Source: Acanthaster planci | Taxonomy: Eukaryota | Reading direction: 5' to 3' | DNA length: 33,288 bases | Assembly (NCBI RefSeq): GCF_001949145.1 | Contig: NW_019091361.1 | Location: 1,556,374 to 1,589,661, forward strand | Shown here: in pieces, positions 26,563 to 33,288 of the stretch | How the letters are laid out: every line of letters begins with the position of its first letter | Position numbering within the stretch: position 1 is the stretch's first letter | Notes under the pieces: model-generated | What the model was told of the DNA's origin: nothing | Database searches by the model: none | What the model saw: only the letters and a program-made list of their open reading frames with translations | Translations under genes and position numbers: made by a program

Positions 26563-26798
26563 GGGTCATTCCAGAAATTAAGGGTTCAAAAGTGTGACAT
26601 TTTTGTGTCCCTGATACATCGGACCTTTATTAGTTGACATGGAAATATCACCGGAAACTACTACTGTTTGTTTGGCAAGTCATTAACATTAATTCATCAC
26701 TCTTGGAAATTAGAAAAATGTGTTCTGAACTTACAGAATCATATGTCAGATGTGACAGGGACACGAAAAACGTGGACCCCTGATTTCTGGAACTACCC
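26563..26798. mobile_element. Non-autonomous DNA transposon (MITE) with GGGT..TTCCAGAAAT TIRs, copy A
   Basis: TIRs GGGTCATTCCAGAAATTAAGGGTTC / GGACCCCTGATTTCTGGAACTACCC. A second copy lies in the opposite orientation at 3196-3415. No clear TSD. Confidence 0.85.
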
Positions 26799-27288
26799 TT
26801 TGGTACTTCTTTTCATCGGCTGTCAGTATTTGAGCAGGATTACCCAGCTATTTATCATAAGCCATAAACTAGCGAACCATCTAGCTATGGATTATGCTGT
26901 AAGTTACAGTACAATGCATGTTGCAAATCCAAAAACTGGTAATCAGTGATCGTACTGAAGAAATTTCAACTCGTAACGGTGCAAATCCATGTTAGCATCT
27001 GTACTGTGGAGGGCAATCCTAAAACCTAAAAAAAAAGATGAAAAAACTGTAAAGCACATTTCTGCATACGAGTGTATACAAACAGTTGTCATAACTGTAC
27101 TTCTTGGTAATAATTCATCAGTAACCAGCCACTTTGATTGACCACCTGTGACCACGCTTGTCTGAAATGTTACAGTGACCCCCCACAGAAGTTTACAAAA
27201 TTTTAAAGCCATGATGCTAACATGTAGATCTGGTAGTTTTGAGTCAGTACAGCTAGACACTTATGCATAATCTAAAAAAAGATCCTAC

Positions 27289-27405
27289 CAAAAGGAACCT
27301 CCCTGCCATACAGATCCAACCACATGGGCTGATGACCGGGGGTAAGGTTGTAGGTGCAGTCCACTATCTTGCTGTAATCGTCCAAAAGCACCACAATGGT
27401 CAGCT
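27289..27405 (-). CDS. Ig4 N-half exon (ELTIVVLLDDYSKIVDCTYNLTPGHQPMWLDLYGREVPF)
   Basis: ggcag acceptor and gtagga donor, 117 nt, phase 1-1. IVDCTY...QPMW parallels Ig3 IVDCSY...QPVW. Not in the ORF track. Confidence 0.82.
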
Positions 27406-27705
27406 CTGCCAATGTGAAGATCAATGAAAAAAAATGGGAATCACAGACATTTTTCTTGTGAAGTACCCAAACTAGAAGAGATGATGGCTGTCACAAGTAG
27501 CAGCTGTCTTATTTCTCAACGATGCTCCCAACTTTTCGCCCCTTTTTACTTCTAAGCTCCTTCAGTGAGCTTTCTCTTTACGACCCTTTTACCACAACTG
27601 GGTATCGTTATGATAACTGACTTAAATCAGTTTCAATGGGCCTTTTTTTGTCAATAGGACACTGCTCGATTTATGTGGCATACCTTAAACTTGCGTAAAC
27701 CTTAC

Positions 27706-27867
27706 CTGGTTTGGTGACCGCGTCAACATCACCCAACACGATGGTCTGGTTTGAGTACCGACTAGAACAGGTGTACGTTCCTGCATCCTGGTGATTGGTG
27801 AAGTCACTGATGTACAGACGGCTGACTGTGGGTGACAGATTGAGGACTCGCCGACGAGAGGTTGGGT
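27706..27867 (-). CDS. Ig3 C-half exon (DPTSRRRVLNLSPTVSRLYISDFTNHQDAGTYTCSSRYSNQTIVLGDVDAVTKP)
   Basis: aatag acceptor and gtaagg donor, 162 nt, phase 1-1. SRLYI and DAGTYTC motifs. Not in the ORF track. Confidence 0.87.
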
Positions 27868-28136
27868 CTATTTACATGTAGATGGGAAAATGCATGCAAA
27901 TGAATTACATATGTCGCCTATTGCTTCATCATCATCCAAGCACAAAAGCAAAGTCATTGCTACATTATTGAAACAGCCGGCTATTTACTTTGCACTATGC
28001 TTAATGAACTTCAATGTTCAGTTGAAGAATGTGCAATGGGACTTTTTTCACCGTGTCGATTTTGTTATGAGGGGGGATTCGTCTGGAAGCGAGGTTAACA
28101 AGTAAGGGTATTCACAGAGCTTCCCATCTATCTTAC

Positions 28137-28271
28137 CTGTAGTTTGGACTGGCTCCCCATTTGGTAGATACCAGACTGGTTGGTATTCAGGAAGGAGGAT
28201 GTAGCTGCAGTCCACGATGTACAGTGAGGAATTGTCAGGTGTTTCTTGAGTGGTGATAGTTATCTCATCCA
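28137..28271 (-). CDS. Ig3 N-half exon (VDEITITTQETPDNSSLYIVDCSYILLPEYQPVWYLPNGEPVQTT)
   Basis: tacag acceptor and gtaaga donor, 135 nt, phase 1-1. Cys followed by WYLPNG. Confidence 0.87.
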
Positions 28272-28955
28272 CTGTATGGGAAGCAGATGCCAGAGTTGAA
28301 TATGTTTTACATCCAAATACTTTGAAACAATTCTAAGCCCAGAATAGAGAAGCCAGGTATAGTTTTAAGGAATTCTTGGTCCTGTCAGTTCTCCAGTCAC
28401 ACTGCCAGTATTGTTGTCGAGTCCTCATCATGGGTCAATTGTAGGGCAGTCTTGAGCCGATAAAAAGGCGTCCATTTGTCATTGTTCATCCCAAACAAGT
28501 TGTGACCAGACTCTCGATATGACTTGTGACGGATTCTAAACATGCCCGCAGACAAGATAAAATATCCCCAAGGCCCAACAGACTCAAAATCTGGGGGTTG
28601 GTGGCCAACAAAGGATAAACATCCTCGTCTCAAACTTGGTAGTTTACATAGTACATTTGCTGCTGTTTGACTGATTAGTGAAACAAAGTAAAACAGACTT
28701 ATACAAGTGCTGCAGTTTGCTACGTCTGAAATGGATGGGATTGAGACTACAATAAGATTATGCCGGAGTGGGGTTAAAGTGTGGAGTCAAGCCACAAGCT
28801 TCATTCAAGCCAGGACTTAAGACCAATTGTAGACCCACGTGTGTCAGGTCTACTTTAGTTTGCTTTATATGCCTTGGACATGGATCTTGGCTATGCTGCA
28901 AATGCAAAACAGAGACACCGAGAGAAAACCTCAGCAGAGGTTGAAGTGGGCATAC

Positions 28956-29327
28956 CATCATAACAAGGGACCTCTCCTGTGGCTGGGCTGAAAATTCCAC
29001 AGTCTGGATATCTGAACATCCGCCTCCCTGATGTGGACTGCATGCATGCACCGGTGTTTCTCTGGCATAGCTCCCGGCAGGATGCATTGTACAGGGGGGC
29101 CGGGACCTCCGCATCCGGGTCGCAGGGGGGAAAGTACACGGTGCAGATCAGTGGTCTGGCGTAGGGACTGCAGAACAGGCTGTTGAGGTCGAGGGAGCTC
29201 ATCTGCTGTAGCAGGTGCACCGTCTCAGCTACCGATTCCAGGCCAAGTTGGTTGGGGAAATAGGCATGTGTATAACCGACCCCTTCACTACAGAAGCCTT
29301 CGGTGATTGGCTGGCATGTACCTGGAA
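28956..29327 (-). CDS. Frizzled-like cysteine-rich domain 2 exon (VPGTCQPITEGFCSEGVGYTHAYFPNQLG...CSPYARPLICTVYFPPC...SCRELCQRNTGAC...PDCGIFSPATGEVPCYD)
   Basis: cacag acceptor (alternative in-phase ccag 6 nt downstream) and gtatgc donor, 372 nt, phase 1-1. Ten cysteines with the CQPI, Y...FPN.LG, CSP, YFPPC and CRELC Fz motifs. Confidence 0.92.
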
Positions 29328-29858
29328 CTGTGAAGAAACAGAACACATGGGAAGACGCTCAGCTGGATTAAAAACAGACACTGAAACGGCAGGTTGGTAA
29401 TCTGAAATGCAAATCTAACTATCCTCTGTTCACATCTTTTCAAATACTTGAGATTTTATATATACATGTACCAGATTATGACAGATTTGGGAAGGTGGAT
29501 TTAACCATAATTAATCTTACATTTGGACTCATGCTCCAAATTAAAAGCTGAAATGCAAATGAAGAAAAAAAAAGAGATTCTGTACAGAAGTGTCCTTTGG
29601 ATGGTTTAAAAAGGAATTTTCTAGAAAGGGTCTTTGACGGAGATTTAAGGAAAAGGAACCCAATATTTATGAAGCCATTTTTCCATGTCTACAAATTGTT
29701 TCCTCTATGAACTTATGTTGACTTTTAAAAAACACCAAATTTTAAAACCCTGAAACCAGCCCAAACACTGAAGAGATGTGCTGCAAAGAAAAACATTTAT
29801 CGCATTTCAAACTTCAAAAATCTTGTTTTTAGAGATTTCTTTGAGTCTGATCCAATAC

Positions 29859-30023
29859 CTTTGGGTATCAGATCCTTGCTGAGCGTCACAGATTTCTGCA
29901 GACCGTCCACTACGCATGTGTAGTCACCAGCATCTTCCTCCTCTTGAAAGGTATTAATGCCCAACTTGGTGGTCTTGGGGCCAAGACGCTGTGTCTCCGT
30001 GACAAATGACGATGACAATCGTC
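29859..30023 (-). CDS. Ig2 C-half exon (GRLSSSFVTETQRLGPKTTKLGINTFQEEEDAGDYTCVVDGLQKSVTLSKDLIPK)
   Basis: tttcag acceptor and gtattg donor, 165 nt, phase 1-1. DAGDYTC motif. Confidence 0.87.
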
Positions 30024-30489
30024 CTGAAACAACCGACCAACACGACAGAGAGGACTCACACTGATTATGCAGTTTGTCATTCCAACTATGCATGGGCTCA
30101 ACATGATCACTCAATTACTTTCGCTGATATAGATTAACGTATGAAAATCTACAAGGGACGTGATGGCTCAATCTGTATTCAGCAATTGCATGCCCTCCCA
30201 TTAACAACGTGACAACTTTCTACTCGCACAAAGTCTGCTGCATTCACAACTAAAATATGGTTTTTATCAAAACTCTCCACTTACTTCGCAAGTACCCAGC
30301 TCCAGCTCTAGGTTACGACATATAACATCATGACACATCATGAAACAGGCTTCCAGTATCACAGCTATATGTCCACTGTTATGGCTCCAAGTGTTTGCAA
30401 CCATTAATGATCGATATACCTGGCACGAGACTGATGCAGGAAACAATTGGATGTTTATGGTTGTGAACTCATTCACAAGACTTAGAACA

Positions 30490-30643
30490 GCAGTCCAAGT
30501 CCATCACAAGTCCTTTCACAAGACTTGTCACAAGTAACAGGGCAAACAATGACAAAGGAATGCTCATTTGAATAGCTTGTGATTTGGCGGAAGACTGGAC
30601 GACTTGTGATGGATTTGAAGCGACTTATTATGGACTTGACTAC
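30490..30643. repeat. Decayed inverted-repeat element with reiterated TCACAAG/CTTGTGA motifs
   Basis: Left GCAGTCCAAGTCCATCACAAGTC versus the right-end reverse complement GTAGTC-AAGTCCATAATAAGTC and the internal GACTTGTGATGGA. Confidence 0.5.
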
Positions 30644-30678
30644 ACCTCCACTGAAAAGAGAAAAACAAGCGAACATAC

Positions 30679-30810
30679 CTGTTGGTATAACTTTGCCGTT
30701 GGGTAGTTTCCACCTGGGGCTCCTCCTCTTTGGAAGCAGCGAGGTACAGTTGACTTCAACATTTATGACCGCGCCAACTCGCTGATACCCAACAGGGTCG
30801 ATCTTCACAC
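30679..30810 (-). CDS. Ig2 N-half exon (GVKIDPVGYQRVGAVINVEVNCTSLLPKRRSPRWKLPNGKVIPT)
   Basis: ttccag acceptor and gtatgt donor, 132 nt, phase 1-1. Cys followed by the W-x-x-P-N-G Ig motif. Confidence 0.87.
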
Positions 30811-31402
30811 CTGGAATGTGCACAATCAGATAATGAAGAGCAGTTAACAGTATTCCTTGCATATATAGACACAAATATTTCCTTCTATATAGCGACTACC
30901 CATTGTATTTCCCTGATTTTCACATTGGTGTAAAAAGAGTACTTTGCAAAGACTGAGAATGAAAAAATGGTCTTTCTGTGCTGGGGATAATGACCATTTT
31001 TAATATTTTTGAAAAACATACATTGCAACTGATGAACCCTTGTGATTGGCACACCTGAAAATATAACAAATAACAGTGCAGCCAAAGGATCTTAACAATG
31101 ACTGCTCAAACAAGATTTTGGAACTCTTCCAAAATGTCATTAATGTAAAGCTTCAAATATGTGTTATCAAAACGAAAGGTGCTGGACATTCTATGTACAA
31201 TTTTCTGTTTATTAGCTGAATGTGACGCAGTGAATATTTCAAACAACTTCAACAAATCTTTCAGGCTGCCAGAAGGTCATGGTTGTGAATGACATTCAGC
31301 CTAGAATGTATACGTAGATGGCATTACAGCTCCTGTGGGTCAAACTTATCGCGCAATAGGTGCTGTTTCTGTCTTGGCTCAGAAGTAACTATTTGAGCTC
31401 AC

Positions 31403-31747
31403 CGCTGAAGCAGTTGTTGTCTCTTTGCGACGGCAGGTCCTCACAGCCCAGGTCCGCACCCAGCTCATGCAACGCTTCCCTGCAGTCGGCTTGAACCTTC
31501 TTACAGAGCTCACGGCATGGTGCAGGCGGCTCCAGGCTTGCTCCCTCTATGCACTCTGGGTAGCGGTGGGCACAGGCTACCATCTGCAGATAGGGGGAGC
31601 AGTGCTTAGCTTCCAGCATCTCTGGGATGGAGCTTGCCCTTGGGGATGTGCTTGGGTTGTACAAGTCATGTCTCCAAGTCATGCTGTAGCCAAGCTGGGG
31701 GAGACAGGTTGCATCTTGGACCTCAACACAGGAAGGTGGAACTGCCT
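31403..31747 (-). CDS. Frizzled-like cysteine-rich domain 1 exon (EAVPPSCVEVQDATCLPQLGYSMT...CSPYLQMVACAHRYPEC...PCRELCKKVQADC...CEDLPSQRDNNCFS)
   Basis: tttcag acceptor and gtgagc donor, 345 nt, phase 1-1. Ten cysteines with Fz-CRD spacing and the CSP, YPEC, PCRELC and C..LP motifs. Confidence 0.9.
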
Positions 31748-31852
31748 CTGAAAACATAAGCAGTTGTGATTCAAGCACCAAATGAACCACTGGATTTGCC
31801 AAAAGACACAATGGTAACAAAAACACCAGCTTCAGTTTAGGTCTGGGCATAG

Positions 31853-32020
31853 CTTAGGGATTTTGAGGTTTAGTTTAGGGGTTTGATTTTTGGTTGGGGT
31901 TCTGGGTTGGGGGTTGTAGGGGTTTAGGGGGGATTGGGGTTTGGATTTGGGTATTTGGAGTTGGAGTTTTTGGACTTATGTCTGCGACTTTTGGGTTTGG
32001 GATTTTAGGTTTAGGTTTGG
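31853..32020 (+). repeat. Degenerate telomere-like G/T-rich low-complexity tract
   Basis: TTAGGG, TTTAGGGG, TTGGGG, TTTGGG and TTTAGG variants fill most of the 290-nt intron between the Ig1 and Fz1 exons. Confidence 0.75.
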
Positions 32021-32037
32021 AGAAATAAAGAAAAAAC

Positions 32038-32190
32038 CTTGTGACAAGCTTATGTTCGTGATGTTGACAGTCTGTGAGAATGAGCCATCAGTACAGGTAT
32101 AGATGCCAAAGTCTTCCACTCGGAGGCTATTAATGATGAGGCGGCTGGTGTGGGAGTCTACATCTTCGACTTCAAAGCGCCCACCAATGG
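32038..32190 (-). CDS. Ig1 C-half exon (AIGGRFEVEDVDSHTSRLIINSLRVEDFGIYTCTDGSFSQTVNITNISLSQ)
   Basis: ttgcag acceptor, 153 nt, phase 1-1. Has L-x-I and the D-x-G-x-Y-x-C Ig motif. The donor G|gttttt is weak, so the 3' boundary is less certain. Confidence 0.82.
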
Positions 32191-32789
32191 CTGCAAAGAA
32201 ACAAAGTATATGATTCTCAATGTGACAGATAGATGAGATTGGGAATCTTCAGAAGTTTTAAAATGGTCAGCAGATAAGCAAATTACATTAAAAGAAGTGG
32301 AACAAAGTCCAGTGCAAGAGTCGAATAAGAATGCGAGAAAAATGGAAGAGAATCATGGATCAAAAGTTCATACTTCGAAAGCAAACTATCAAACTAAATT
32401 GTTTACAATGCAATAAAATCCTTCCCCTGATGCCTTCTCATAGAAATGAAAAAGACTGGTAGACCAAAAGCAAAAAGCGTGTATTTTGGCTCATAGCATA
32501 AGCCTGTGGGTGAAGTGTTATAAAACAAATATTGACTGCTGTATCTCTTGGTATCAAAGTACAACTAGTCTTCCTCAGTGATCCATGAAGCATTCTATTT
32601 TCCCTCAGCTTTGCTTCAGGAAAATAGAATGCTCCGTGGATCACCTTGGGAGGTAGTTTTACTACACTACTTGAAGCAGTCAATATTTGTATACTACCCT
32701 TGGCACAATGCCTACTGTGCCTAATGGATAATCTGACTCCTGTTAGGACCCGACCCTGCTTTGATGGTGCCTTGGTTGTTGAGACCTAC

Positions 32790-32912
32790 CTAGGGGCAGA
32801 TCTCCAGGCCCCAGCCACTGGGCTGGACTGCTTGCTGAGTACTGGCATTCCACCTTGACCTGCTTTCCTACCACGGGAATGGTAAGGACTTCGACTGGCC
32901 CGACCTCCACAC
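32790..32912 (-). CDS. Ig/Frizzled-CRD repeat protein, Ig1 N-half exon (GVEVGPVEVLTIPVVGKQVKVECQYSASSPAQWLGPGDLPL); gene 5' end outside the window
   Basis: catcag acceptor and gtaggt donor, 123 nt, phase 1-1. Has the B-strand Cys and C-strand Trp and parallels the other three N-half exons. Not in the ORF track. Confidence 0.8.
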
Positions 32913-33288
32913 CTGATGAAAATCAGTGGAAGAAAGCACAGCGTTTCGATGAACCAGTCTGATATTTCAAAGAGGAAAGATCATTTGAGAATAACGGGCC
33001 TAAAGTCAGGCAAGTTCCACGGATGTTTAGTGCTTGTGAGTGGTTTCTATAGTCCCTCGGGGCCAATCTCACATGTGCATACTGATGTTCCCAAACGACC
33101 AAGAATATTCTACAGAAATACAGGCTCATTACCTGACCAGAGACGGGGGGGGGGTGTCACACCCTGTTGGCACTTTGAACATATAGTTTTATACAAAGGC
33201 CTATCATAATTACTATATCAAAAATACAGATTTATTAAAAGAAGAACCATTGCACGAGAGGAACTCAGAAGTGAGTGTGTGTGGGGGG

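Noticed and set aside
31853..32020. Pro/Lys/Asn-rich coding linker on the minus strand of the G/T tract
   Set aside because: In-frame stops both on read-through from Ig1 and just upstream of the Fz1 ORF's ATG; the flanking exons already join in phase.
33133..33163. Possible 31-nt upstream mini-exon of the Ig/Fz gene (caacag|GGTGTGACA...GGTCAG|gtaatg)
   Set aside because: Good donor but poor polypyrimidine tract, includes a C10 homopolymer, and has no recognisable peptide. It cannot be supported without transcripts.

Overview
Eukaryotic, intron-rich, AT-rich genomic DNA, most likely from a marine invertebrate (inferred from gene content, abundant TACATGTA motifs and MITE types; the species cannot be determined). 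Two multi-exon genes lie head-to-tail on the minus strand. (1) A CaMKIV (CAMK4)-like kinase: 7 coding exons reconstructed from ATG 23999 down to 355 (323 codons, all GT-AG and phase-consistent), with the 3' end running off the left edge. (2) A 5'-incomplete extracellular protein (10 exons, 32912 to stop 26119, about 611 aa visible) with the architecture Ig-Fz-Ig-Fz-Ig-Ig-STOP. Its Ig domains alternate with 10-cysteine Frizzled CRDs, there is no C-terminal transmembrane or kinase part, every intron is phase 1, and every Ig domain is split into two half-domain exons. This candidate multivalent secreted Wnt/lipid-binding protein is the most unusual element in the window. Introns and intergenic DNA carry several MITEs (one intact hAT-type with 8-bp TSD), four perfect CRE palindromes around the CREB kinase gene, a telomere-like G-rich tract and two assembly gaps. 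Nearly all other ORFs in the track are intronic noise.
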